The notes beneath the pieces were generated by a model. That model did not search any database and had not been told where the DNA came from. It saw only the letters and a list, made by a program, of their open reading frames with translations. Shown piece after piece: positions 9,715 through 18,772 of a stretch of DNA of 38,351 bases (the stretch's first letter is position 1; every line of letters starts with the position of its first letter). Source of the stretch: a bacterium (lineage in GTDB: Bacteria; CALINM01); contig JBEQAF010000010.1 of NCBI GenBank assembly GCA_041640455.1, positions 1 through 38,351 on the forward strand, in the 5' to 3' direction. The position numbers and the translations under genes are program-made.

Positions 9715-10698
9715 TTAAACAATTGCTTCAACTTTCCCCACCACATCGTTTCTTGAATTCCTGATGGGCAGGTTAATGTATTTACTTAATTTTTCCAGCT
9801 CATAATCGTTTATCCATCCAAGTTTCTTAAGTAGAACAACCATAAAAATATTTAAAGCCCGTTGCCCGCCATCCTCCACTTTGAAAGCAAGCCCTTCTTT
9901 AGTTTCACAGTTAAAAGCTCCGTAGAGCGCTTCAGCCCCCACCTTGGCAAATATTCTTCCATCTGTAATTTTTATAATATCGGTACAAAGCCTGTCTGTG
10001 CCTGCAACCATATCTGGATTTTTTAGAGCCGCTTTGATAAGTCTTTTTACTTTTCCATCTTTTATCTCCAGCTTCATGGACAGATTTTTATAGGCAACAG
10101 CAATATTTTTTAAAGGCATAAAATATACTGGTAGCCCGCATCCATCGGTGACCAGCTTTATATCATCTTTTTTCATCTCAGCATACTCAGCTATAATCTC
10201 CAGTATCTCCTGCTGAAGCGGATGTTCCTCTTTAAAATAGCTGTTTAAATCATACCCCTTTGCCTTTGACACAATGAGCATGCCAGCATGTTTACCTGCA
10301 CAGTTGTGATATATAGGGGCAGGCTTAATCCCTTCTGCTTTAAGCTTTTCTGCATATTTTTTATAGGAAGGATACGAGGGACCGCATTTGAGATAGCTCT
10401 CGTCAAGTCCTGCCTTTCTTAAAATCTCCCTGACTACCTCTACCTGATGCTCTTCTGCGTTTATTGAGCCAGAAAATATGGCAAGCTCCTCCTCTGTAAG
10501 CCCATAGGTTTTGTCAACATCATATATCACCACTGGTATTGCCTGGAACGGTTTGGCTGAAGACCTCATGCAGACATTAAGCCCTTCCTTGCCTCTGGTA
10601 AAAATGGTCTCTCCCTTGTCATTGACCACAACAAGATGAACCCTGTGAAAGGACTCTACATAATCACCTCTTTTAATAAGAACAAGCCCCTCTTTCAT
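9715..10698 (-). CDS. L-asparaginase II (Rhizobium-type, class 3) family protein
   Basis: RGDYVESFH, RSSAKPFQA, HNCAGKHAG, DGCGLP, AKVGAE, KVEDG. Confidence 0.85.
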   Translation of the reverse strand: MKEGLVLIKRGDYVESFHRVHLVVVNDKGETIFTRGKEGLNVCMRSSAKPFQAIPVVIYDVDKTYGLTEEELAIFSGSINAEEHQVEVVREILRKAGLDESYLKCGPSYPSYKKYAEKLKAEGIKPAPIYHNCAGKHAGMLIVSKAKGYDLNSYFKEEHPLQQEILEIIAEYAEMKKDDIKLVTDGCGLPVYFMPLKNIAVAYKNLSMKLEIKDGKVKRLIKAALKNPDMVAGTDRLCTDIIKITDGRIFAKVGAEALYGAFNCETKEGLAFKVEDGGQRALNIFMVVLLKKLGWINDYELEKLSKYINLPIRNSRNDVVGKVEAIV

Positions 10699-13316
10699 AG
10701 CTTCATGGTCTCATAGAATTTATTGATAACGCTGTCAATTACACTGCTATCAGCTGTCCCACCCTGAGCAAGTGTTTTCTTGCCTCCACCCCTTCCGCCA
10801 AAGGGAGATAGTATATCCTTCAGCAAAGAGCCAGCATCATATTTTTCTGTAAGATTTTCTGGCAGATATAGTAAATAAGAAGCCCTGCCTTCTGCCTGAC
10901 CTGCCAGAAATATAACTGAATCTTTCTCTTTGTCCTTAATACTATCAAGGATATTTTTCATCTGATTAACATCTGCAGAAAGCTTTGCAGCTATAAGACT
11001 TACACCCTCTTTGTTAACCTTTTTGTCAATGCTGTCCTTTGCCTGTGCCGAAGCGATCTTGCTTCGAAGGTTCTCCAGCTCCTTTTCCAGTTCTTTCTCT
11101 TTCTTTAAAAGTCTTGTTATTTTTTCTTCTATCTCATTTAGAGGCGTTTTTAAAGTAGCTGATATGTTGATTAGCTTATCGTAGCTTTCCTGAACCCATC
11201 TTAACGCCGCCTCACCCGCGACACCTTCTATTCTTCTTATACCTGAAGCCACACTTTCTTCTGAAAGAATCTTAAAAAATCCTATCCTGCCAGTATCTGT
11301 CTGATGGGTACCACCACAAAGCTCCTTACTTACATTTTCAACCTCCACCATCCTTACCACATCACCATATTTTTCTCCAAATATAGCCATAGCACCTGAT
11401 CTAACCGCTTCCTCATAAGGGAGGATTCTGATATAAACCTTTCTGTTTTCCCTTATCCAGCGATTAATTAATCTTTCTATTTCAAGGAGCTCTTCTTTTT
11501 TCAAAGGTGCAAAGTGTGTAAAATCAAACCTGAATCTGCTGGGCTCTACAAGACTACCCGCCTGTTTAACATGACTGCCCAGCACCTTCTGCAAAGCTGC
11601 CTGCAAAAGATGTGTTGCCGTATGATGGGATGCCGTGTTGTCTCTCAAGCTATCTTCCACATAAAGGGTTGCATCATCTCCCTCTTTTAATATACCACTT
11701 TTTAACACACCCTTATGAACTATCAGCTCTCCAATCTTTTTAGTATCCGTTACCTCAAAGGCAAAGCTATCGCCCTCAATCAAACCCCTATCACCAACCT
11801 GTCCACCCGACTCTCCGTAAAAGGGTGTGCAGTCAAATATAAGTTCCAGATTATCATTAACATGTGCTTCATTAACTATCTGATTATTTTTAATTATCTT
11901 CACAAGCTTCGCTTTTGCCCTGAGCGTTTCATAACCTAAAAATCTAACCTTTATTTCCTGTCCCAGTTTTTTGTAAAGCTCATCAATAGCCTCTTCCTCG
12001 CCCTTCCAGCTTTTTCTCGCAAGCTCTCTCTGCTTCTCCATAGCCTCTTCAAACCCCTGAGTATCTACAATCATCTCATGTTCCCTTAGCAGATCCTGTG
12101 TAAGATCAAGGGGAAATCCATATGTGTCATAAAGCTTAAATGCTATATCTCCAGGAAGAGTGGACTCATTTCTGGATTTTAACTGTTCTATCTCGCTGAA
12201 AAGTATCTTAAGCCCTCCGTCAAGGGTCTCAAGAAACCTCTCCTCCTCATTAAGGATTACTTTTTTTACAAGATCCAGTGAATCCATAAGCTCTGGATAC
12301 TCATCATTCATTACATCTGCCACAACAGGAGCCAGTTCAAAAAGAACAGGTTTTGAAAAACCAAGCATCTTCGCATGTCTTATGGCTCTTCTTATTATTC
12401 TTCTTAAAACATAACCTCTACCTTCATTTGAGGGCATAACTCCGTCAGAGATAAGAAAAGTCATTGCCCTTATATGATCCGCAATTACCCTGTAGTGGGC
12501 ATCATTTTTTGGGTTTTTACCATAAGGGATACCCACCATGCCTGATATGAGTTCAATATAGGGGAACAGGAGGTCAGTTTCAAAATTTGACTTCACTCCT
12601 TGAATAACCGCCGAAACTCTTTCAAGCCCCATGCCTGTATCAATACTGGGATTTGGAAGAGGTTCAAGAGTGCCGTCTTTTTTTCTGTTAAACTGCATAA
12701 ATACAAGATTCCAGAGTTCAAGAAACCTGTCGCAGTCACATCCAACCTTACAATCAGCACTACCACAACCTACATCTTTTCCCTGATCTATGAGTATCTC
12801 TGAACAGGGTCCACAGGGACCTTCATCGCCCATTGCCCAGAAGTTATCTTTTTCACCTAAACGGACAATTCTTTCCGCAGATACGCCCGCTACTTCCTGC
12901 CATAGCTGAAAAGCTTCATCATCATCCTTATATATGGTAACCCAGAGCTTTTCCTTAGGAAGCCCCAGCTCTCTTGTAAGAAAATCCCAGCCAAAAAAGA
13001 TGGCTTCCTTTTTAAAATAATCGCCAAAGGAAAAGTTACCGAGCATCTCGAAAAAGGTGTGGTGTCTGGCTGTGTATCCTACATTTTCCAGATCGTTGTG
13101 TTTTCCACCAGCTCTTACGCATTTCTGGGAACTAACCGCCCTTTTATAGTCTCTTTTCTCTATGCCAAGAAACAGATCCTTGAACTGATTCATCCCCGCA
13201 TTGGTAAAAAGCAGGGTAGGATCATTTTTTGGTATAAGTCCAGAGCTTTTAACTACCTGATGTCCATGATTTTTAAAATAATCAAGAAATCTCTTCCTTA
13301 ACTCCCTACCCTTCAT
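10695..13316 (-). CDS. alaS: Alanine--tRNA ligase
   Basis: DPTLLFTNAGMNQFK, HHTFFEMLGNFSFGDYFK, editing motifs HTATH and ELCGGTH, C-terminal GGRGGG. Confidence 0.99.
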   Translation of the reverse strand: MKGRELRKRFLDYFKNHGHQVVKSSGLIPKNDPTLLFTNAGMNQFKDLFLGIEKRDYKRAVSSQKCVRAGGKHNDLENVGYTARHHTFFEMLGNFSFGDYFKKEAIFFGWDFLTRELGLPKEKLWVTIYKDDDEAFQLWQEVAGVSAERIVRLGEKDNFWAMGDEGPCGPCSEILIDQGKDVGCGSADCKVGCDCDRFLELWNLVFMQFNRKKDGTLEPLPNPSIDTGMGLERVSAVIQGVKSNFETDLLFPYIELISGMVGIPYGKNPKNDAHYRVIADHIRAMTFLISDGVMPSNEGRGYVLRRIIRRAIRHAKMLGFSKPVLFELAPVVADVMNDEYPELMDSLDLVKKVILNEEERFLETLDGGLKILFSEIEQLKSRNESTLPGDIAFKLYDTYGFPLDLTQDLLREHEMIVDTQGFEEAMEKQRELARKSWKGEEEAIDELYKKLGQEIKVRFLGYETLRAKAKLVKIIKNNQIVNEAHVNDNLELIFDCTPFYGESGGQVGDRGLIEGDSFAFEVTDTKKIGELIVHKGVLKSGILKEGDDATLYVEDSLRDNTASHHTATHLLQAALQKVLGSHVKQAGSLVEPSRFRFDFTHFAPLKKEELLEIERLINRWIRENRKVYIRILPYEEAVRSGAMAIFGEKYGDVVRMVEVENVSKELCGGTHQTDTGRIGFFKILSEESVASGIRRIEGVAGEAALRWVQESYDKLINISATLKTPLNEIEEKITRLLKKEKELEKELENLRSKIASAQAKDSIDKKVNKEGVSLIAAKLSADVNQMKNILDSIKDKEKDSVIFLAGQAEGRASYLLYLPENLTEKYDAGSLLKDILSPFGGRGGGKKTLAQGGTADSSVIDSVINKFYETMKL

Positions 13317-13731
13317 AAATACCTTCCTTTCTCAAAAAATTAAAAATCTCATCTGGTAAAAAACCCTTGCTAAGAAGATACCGATATATCTTTCCTAACT
13401 CTCTGGGGGTAAAAGGCTTCTTGAAATTTTTAAACTTTTTCTCATACCATTTTTTTATATCAAGCTCATCATTTTCATGGAAATCAAGTTCTCCGTCAAA
13501 GCCTCTTCTTTTTAAAGCCTCTTTGATATATCTGGTACCATAGCATCTGCTTTTAAGCTGATTAATATAAAACGCCCTGTTCTTACTATCGTCAATGGCA
13601 CCGAGACTTTTTAGCCATTGTAGAATCTCATCAATCTCTTCGCTGTCACCGAATTTTTCTTTCATCTTCTCCCTCAGCCTTTTTTCCGAATAAATAAACC
13701 TTGAAGTTAGTCTGAGGGCGTAATCCTTCAT
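13306..13731 (-). CDS. recX: Regulatory protein RecX
   Basis: Three-helix repeats (SEKRLREK, LGAIDD, YGTRYIKEALKRRG, YRYLLSKGF); lies between recA/pilT and alaS. Confidence 0.8.
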   Translation of the reverse strand: MKDYALRLTSRFIYSEKRLREKMKEKFGDSEEIDEILQWLKSLGAIDDSKNRAFYINQLKSRCYGTRYIKEALKRRGFDGELDFHENDELDIKKWYEKKFKNFKKPFTPRELGKIYRYLLSKGFLPDEIFNFLRKEGIYEG

Positions 13732-14882
13732 CAGAATCTTTCTATCTTTGATGAGTCACCCCCGCCGACTGGCTGTTTCTGTTCCTCATCTGTATCTGAA
13801 GAAGAGGCAATTCCGCTGACCTTTAATGCAAAATCCGAAGGATTGGTTGCGTTTTTAAGAGCATCTTCATAGGTGATAAGACCTCTTTTAAACAGGTCAA
13901 TCAGACTCTGATCAAAGGTCTGCATACCGTAATGAGACCTGCCCTCTTTTATGGCATCTCTTATCATTTTAGTTTTTGTGGGATCCTCGATATACTCCCT
14001 TATCCTTGCTGTGCCAAGCATTACCTCCACTGCTGGCACTCTTCCCTGCCCATCAGCTCTCGGAACCAGTCTCTGGGAGATTACAGCCTTAATAACTGCA
14101 CCAAGCTGATATCTAATCTGCTGTTGTTGGTGGGGTGGAAATATGCCCACGATCCTGTTTATTGTCTCAGTGGCATCAAGTGTATGAAGAGTTGAAAGCA
14201 CAAGATGCCCTGTTTCTGCTGCCGTAAGGGCTATCTCAATGGTTTCTATATCTCTCATCTCACCTACCAGTATAACATCTGGATCTTGCCTCAGAGCGGC
14301 TCTCAGCGCATTTGAAAAACTCAACGTATCAAAACCAACCTCTCTCTGGACAATAATGCTTTTATTATCTCTGAAAAGGAACTCTATAGGGTCTTCTATG
14401 GTAATAATATTAGATGTGGTGACTTCGTTTATGTAATTTATTATTGATGCAAGGGTGGTGGATTTCCCACTACCGGTTGTTCCTGTAACAAGAATAAGTC
14501 CTCTTCTCTCCTGAGCTATCTTCTCTATAATTGGCGGAAGTTCCAGCTCAGAGATGGATTTTATTTTCACCGGTATGGTTCTCAATACGGCGCCTATGCT
14601 TCCTCTTTGTTTAAAAACATTTATCCTGAACCTCCCCACACCAGGTATACCATAGGCAAGATCAAGTTCGAGCTTTTTCTCAAACTCCTCTCTCTGTCTC
14701 TCGGTCATAACTCCGTAAAGCATCTCAGATATATCATCGGCTTTTAAGATGGGAGCATTTGTGGGTTTCACGAGGGCTTCGTTTTTCCTGAAGATGGGTG
14801 GGCTACCGGGCTTTAAATGTATGTCCGACGCCTCAAGTTTTAAAGCGGCTCTCAAAATCTGATCAAGCATCTCCGACGCCAT
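13731..14882 (-). CDS. pilT: PilT/PilU-family type IV pilus retraction ATPase
   Basis: ASDIHL, Walker A GTTGSGKST, TIEDPIEF, ALRQDPDVILVGEMRD, AETGHLVLSTLHT, GMQTFDQSL. Confidence 0.93.
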   Translation of the reverse strand: MASEMLDQILRAALKLEASDIHLKPGSPPIFRKNEALVKPTNAPILKADDISEMLYGVMTERQREEFEKKLELDLAYGIPGVGRFRINVFKQRGSIGAVLRTIPVKIKSISELELPPIIEKIAQERRGLILVTGTTGSGKSTTLASIINYINEVTTSNIITIEDPIEFLFRDNKSIIVQREVGFDTLSFSNALRAALRQDPDVILVGEMRDIETIEIALTAAETGHLVLSTLHTLDATETINRIVGIFPPHQQQQIRYQLGAVIKAVISQRLVPRADGQGRVPAVEVMLGTARIREYIEDPTKTKMIRDAIKEGRSHYGMQTFDQSLIDLFKRGLITYEDALKNATNPSDFALKVSGIASSSDTDEEQKQPVGGGDSSKIERF

Positions 14883-15889
14883 TATTCACCTGCCGGAAGG
14901 TTATGTTTGCTTCTAATCTCGTTCTCCAGCTGCCTTAGTAGATCTGGATGTTCTTTCAGAAACTGTTTTGCATTCTCCCTGCCCTGCCCTATTCTATCTC
15001 CTTTGAAGGAATACCACGCACCGCTTTTTTCAACAAGCCCCTCTTCTACTGCCAGATCAAGCACATCTCCCTCCTTAGATATACCCACACCATACAGTAT
15101 ATCAAACTCTGCCTCCTTGAAAGGCGGAGCAACCTTGTTTTTAACCACCTTTACTCTTGTTCTGGTGCCTATCTTGTCATTACCCTCCTTTATGGGACCC
15201 ACAGGTCTTATATCCATCCTTACGGATGCATAAAATTTAAGGGCATAACCGCCTGTGGTAGTTTCGGGATTACCAAAAATAACACCTATCTTCGACCTTA
15301 TCTGATTTGTAAAAATTACAGTGGTTTTGGACTTAGATATGGCGGCAGTTAGCTTCCTTAATGCCTGAGACATGAGCCTTGCTTGCAGACCCATATGAGA
15401 ATCACCCATCTCACCTTCTATCTCTGCTTTTGGAACAAGGGCTGCAACAGAATCTATAACGAGCACATCAATAGCACCGCTTCTTATAAGCACTTCTGCA
15501 ATCTCAAGCGCCTGTTCCCCTGTATCGGGCTGAGAGATGAGCAGATCATCAGTCTTTACTCCCAGCTGTCTGGCATAGGTTACATCAAGGGCATGTTCTG
15601 CATCAATAAAGGCAGCTGCTCCACCCTTTTTCTGAGCCTCAGCTATTATATGCAAACAGATAGTTGTCTTACCAGATGATTCAGGTCCATAAATCTCTAT
15701 AACCCTGCCTCTCGGCACTCCGCCAACACCTAATGCTATATCAAGAGAAAGAGCACCCGTAGATATGGCTTCTATGTCCTTCTCAAGGGATTCGCTACCA
15801 AGCTTCATAATGGAACCTTTTCCGAACTGCTTCTCTATTTGAGAAATAGCTATTTCTAATGCCTTATTTTTCTGAGGATCTGATGCCAT
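14882..15889 (-). CDS. recA: Recombinase A
   Basis: [39 protein letters not shown]. True start is ATG 15889 after AGGAGG; the ORF-track extension to 15967 is not credible. Confidence 0.99.
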   Translation of the reverse strand: MASDPQKNKALEIAISQIEKQFGKGSIMKLGSESLEKDIEAISTGALSLDIALGVGGVPRGRVIEIYGPESSGKTTICLHIIAEAQKKGGAAAFIDAEHALDVTYARQLGVKTDDLLISQPDTGEQALEIAEVLIRSGAIDVLVIDSVAALVPKAEIEGEMGDSHMGLQARLMSQALRKLTAAISKSKTTVIFTNQIRSKIGVIFGNPETTTGGYALKFYASVRMDIRPVGPIKEGNDKIGTRTRVKVVKNKVAPPFKEAEFDILYGVGISKEGDVLDLAVEEGLVEKSGAWYSFKGDRIGQGRENAKQFLKEHPDLLRQLENEIRSKHNLPAGE

Positions 15890-15942
15890 ATAACCTCCTA
15901 AACTTTTTTTAAATTTTAACTTTTTTAATGACTTATGTCTAT

Positions 15943-15958
15943 AGTGAACATTGGCACT
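15943..15958. promoter_or_regulatory. Candidate SOS-box-like operator upstream of recA
   Basis: AGTGAACATTGGCACT: AGTG/CACT inverted ends around a GAAC-N4-GCAC core that resembles GAAC-N4-GTTC LexA boxes. Confidence 0.3.
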
Positions 15959-15959
15959 T

Positions 15960-15976
15960 AACCCCAAAGAGGGGTT
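15960..15976. other. Short hairpin right after the radical SAM stop codon
   Basis: AACCCC-aaaga-GGGGTT; no U-tract on the minus strand. Confidence 0.4.
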
Positions 15977-15983
15977 TACATGC

Positions 15984-17111
15984 TTAGAGATTTTCGGATC
16001 TTAGTTTAAGGAAAAGCATATTTTTTTCCTGATCTGAAAGTTTTGATAGGCAGGAAAGCTCTTCTCCTATCTGTAAACTATCAGAAAAGCTTAAAAACTC
16101 GTGTAGCTCAAACACCTTTCCTGTCCTTCTGGCTAAAATAAAGCTAAGTCTTATATCTTCAGGAAGGTTAAGAAACTTTTCCAGCTTCTTAATCAGTTTC
16201 TCTCTGTCTTCTGGTAGAGATCCCTCAATATCCATAAGCAGATTAAGATTATGATCAGAGGCAATATAGGTTTCAATCTTTATCCCCTCTATAAGCCTTT
16301 TAATCTCTTCAACAAGCTCTGTTTCAGACTGAACTTCAAAATCTCCTTTTTTTACAAGATCAAAAAGAGGAATGGACTCATTAAGTCCTAATGTCCTTAA
16401 TCTTACAAAAGCTGGTTGAGCATTATTTATTACTTTAATTGTTTCTTCCACATGCTCAGCGCTGTATCTTTTTCCCCCAAGCCCTGGCATAAAATAAAGG
16501 CAGTATTCTATACCAGCCTTTTTAAGTTTCTGCCCCGAACTTACAATCTCTTCTACCTTTATCCCCTTGCATACCATATCAAGAACCTGCTGACTACCCG
16601 ATTCAAGACCGCTGTGAATTCTTGACAATCCTGCATTTTTTAACTCTGAAAGCTCATCGATGCTGTATCTATCTATGGTAGATGCCCTGCCATAGGCGGT
16701 AATCCTTTTTGTTTTAGGAAAGACCCTCTTTATATGATTAATAATCTCTATAAGCTCAGATTTCTTTCTGAAAAGCGGATCTGCATCTTGCAGAAAGATA
16801 TTAAACTCTCCATGGTATCTCCAGTGCAGAAGTCTTCTTGCATCAGCAATCTCCTCTTCTTCAAAAAACCTGTTTAGTGAGAGAGAAAGCTCATAAAGGG
16901 ATTTGTTTGTTATGTACCTTTCAATTTTTCTGTCAATTTCTGCAAGAAAATTAATTTCTTCAATAATTTCTGACTTCTTTCTTATAGAAAAACTGGCATG
17001 CTTATAAACAGGACAGAAAAGGCACCTGTTCCAGGGACAGTTCCTTGAAAGCCTTATTAAAAGACTTCTTGCCTCGCTTGGAGGTCTGATGGGACCAACT
17101 TCTGCAGACAT
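15984..17111 (-). CDS. Radical SAM protein of unknown function
   Basis: [22 protein letters not shown] cluster motif, FLQDAD, GLESGS, MPGLGG, SDH. Confidence 0.9.
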   Translation of the reverse strand: MSAEVGPIRPPSEARSLLIRLSRNCPWNRCLFCPVYKHASFSIRKKSEIIEEINFLAEIDRKIERYITNKSLYELSLSLNRFFEEEEIADARRLLHWRYHGEFNIFLQDADPLFRKKSELIEIINHIKRVFPKTKRITAYGRASTIDRYSIDELSELKNAGLSRIHSGLESGSQQVLDMVCKGIKVEEIVSSGQKLKKAGIEYCLYFMPGLGGKRYSAEHVEETIKVINNAQPAFVRLRTLGLNESIPLFDLVKKGDFEVQSETELVEEIKRLIEGIKIETYIASDHNLNLLMDIEGSLPEDREKLIKKLEKFLNLPEDIRLSFILARRTGKVFELHEFLSFSDSLQIGEELSCLSKLSDQEKNMLFLKLRSENL

Positions 17112-17680
17112 CAGTTAATAACTTTTGCTGACTTTATAACAATCGGTTCTACAGGTACATCATTAAATCCCTTTACGTTTCCAGTTTTCACATTTGATAT
17201 TTTATCTGCCACATCCATACCTGAAATAACCTTTCCAAACACGGCATATCCGTATCCCTGCATGGTGTTATCCCTGTGATCAAGAAAGTCGTTATCTGCC
17301 ACGTTTATAAAAAACTGACTGGTGGCTGAATCTACATACATGGTTCTTGCCATTGAAATGGTACCTCTTTTGTTTTTCAAACCATTATTGGCTTCATTTT
17401 TTATGGGGGGATTGGTCTTTTTCATCTGGAACTCCTTTGTAAAACCACCTCCCTGTATCATAAAGCCTGGTATGACCCTGTGAAATATAGTTCCGTTGTA
17501 ATGTCCCGAATTTACATAGTCAAGAAAGTTCTTGACAGTGATTGGAGCCTTATTGGGATAAAGCTCTACCTTAATATCTCCCATAGATGTTTCGATTAAC
17601 ACGACAGGATTTTTATCCTGACCAACAGACTGGGTAACAAAAACTGCTACCATTAACAAACTGAAAAAAAGCTCTTTCAT
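17111..17680 (-). CDS. Exported cyclophilin-type peptidyl-prolyl isomerase (PpiA/PpiB family)
   Basis: [39 protein letters not shown]; signal peptide. ATG 17680 follows GGAGG and overlaps the upstream TGA. Confidence 0.95.
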   Translation of the reverse strand: MKELFFSLLMVAVFVTQSVGQDKNPVVLIETSMGDIKVELYPNKAPITVKNFLDYVNSGHYNGTIFHRVIPGFMIQGGGFTKEFQMKKTNPPIKNEANNGLKNKRGTISMARTMYVDSATSQFFINVADNDFLDHRDNTMQGYGYAVFGKVISGMDVADKISNVKTGNVKGFNDVPVEPIVIKSAKVIN

Positions 17681-18633
17681 CTGTTCCTCCAATGTTTTTT
17701 ACCTTTTTTTGTATTTTTTCTAAACCCTTCCTTACATTCATCGATAGCATTTTTTGCTAACTCTATCTCTTCCCTGCCCTTTTTTGTTTCAAGTTTTACA
17801 AATTCACTTAAATATTTTATAGCTTCCCTGCATTCTTCTTTGTTTTTATAAGTCATTCCCAGATAAAAATAGCTAATTGGCTCTTTATATTTTTCTATAA
17901 GCTCATTAAACTGTCCGATAGCCTCGTCAAATTTTCCCAGTTCTTTTAAGATTATGCCGTATCGATTTTTCAGCACAAAGCTTTCCTGATTGAATTTAAT
18001 GGCATTTTTAACTATCTCTTCAGCCTTTATGCCGTAGCCTGCCTTAAGATTTAGGTATGAGAGTAAAAGCGCTAATTTTATGTCCCTTTCATATCCTGCT
18101 GTTAGTCTGTTTTCCAGCTCTCTAATTCTCTGCCTGATCTGAGCTCTGCCAGTATTTGAATATAATTCATAATCTCTCACCAGATTAAAAAGCTCCATAT
18201 CCTTTTCTATCCTGATAATCCGATCATAATATACCTGAGAAAGACCTTCATCAGATAATGTTTTCAACTCCTCTTTAATTAGCTCAAATATCTCCTTAAC
18301 CTCATCATCCAGGTATAAATTTTTCTGCTCTATGAACATAGTTTTATCGGCAGATACATTAAAAATTAACTTATCATCTGCATCCTCATAGGTTACGGAT
18401 GTAATACAAAGTGGGGCAAAATCTTTGACCTCTTTTTGGAGCTCCGAAATCACATAGTATCTGGCTAAAACCTGATAGTAACGTATGGAAAGATTTTTAT
18501 CCCCATCTTTTATAGCTGGAAAGCTTACCCGATAAACTGTCTCCTCTGACCAGCCCTTTTCTGAAAAAATTGCCGTGACCATACAGACTGACAGGATAAA
18601 TAGGAGGCTCTCTCTCATGGTTTTATATTTCAT
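17677..18633 (-). CDS. Exported tetratricopeptide-repeat protein
   Basis: N-terminal hydrophobic signal; C-terminal TPRs ([26 protein letters not shown]...EAIKYL). Confidence 0.75.
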   Translation of the reverse strand: MKYKTMRESLLFILSVCMVTAIFSEKGWSEETVYRVSFPAIKDGDKNLSIRYYQVLARYYVISELQKEVKDFAPLCITSVTYEDADDKLIFNVSADKTMFIEQKNLYLDDEVKEIFELIKEELKTLSDEGLSQVYYDRIIRIEKDMELFNLVRDYELYSNTGRAQIRQRIRELENRLTAGYERDIKLALLLSYLNLKAGYGIKAEEIVKNAIKFNQESFVLKNRYGIILKELGKFDEAIGQFNELIEKYKEPISYFYLGMTYKNKEECREAIKYLSEFVKLETKKGREEIELAKNAIDECKEGFRKNTKKGKKHWRNR

Positions 18634-18640
18634 CGGTTAG

Positions 18641-18669
18641 ATTTTACAAGACTTCTGTGTTATTTTCAA
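18641..18669 (-). promoter_or_regulatory. Putative sigma70 promoter heading the long minus-strand run
   Basis: TTGAAA-N17-TAAAAT, 7 nt before ATG 18633. Confidence 0.6.
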
Positions 18670-18772
18670 CAAAATCAGACTTTATTAGATGATTGGGCTT
18701 TAAAAATTATTGTTAAAAATCTATTGTTATGTTAAAAGATAGTAGTTTATTTGTTTTCGCAGGAGGAGCTAA

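Noticed and set aside
9705..9746. N-terminal extension of bactofilin
   Set aside because: It overlaps the asparaginase 3' end, and an SD precedes ATG 9704.
15890..15967. 26-aa N-terminal extension of RecA in the ORF track
   Set aside because: A strong AGGAGG precedes ATG 15889; the extension is AT-rich promoter sequence.
15960..15976. Intrinsic terminator for the radical SAM gene
   Set aside because: The 6-bp stem has no U-tract on the coding strand; kept only as a hairpin.
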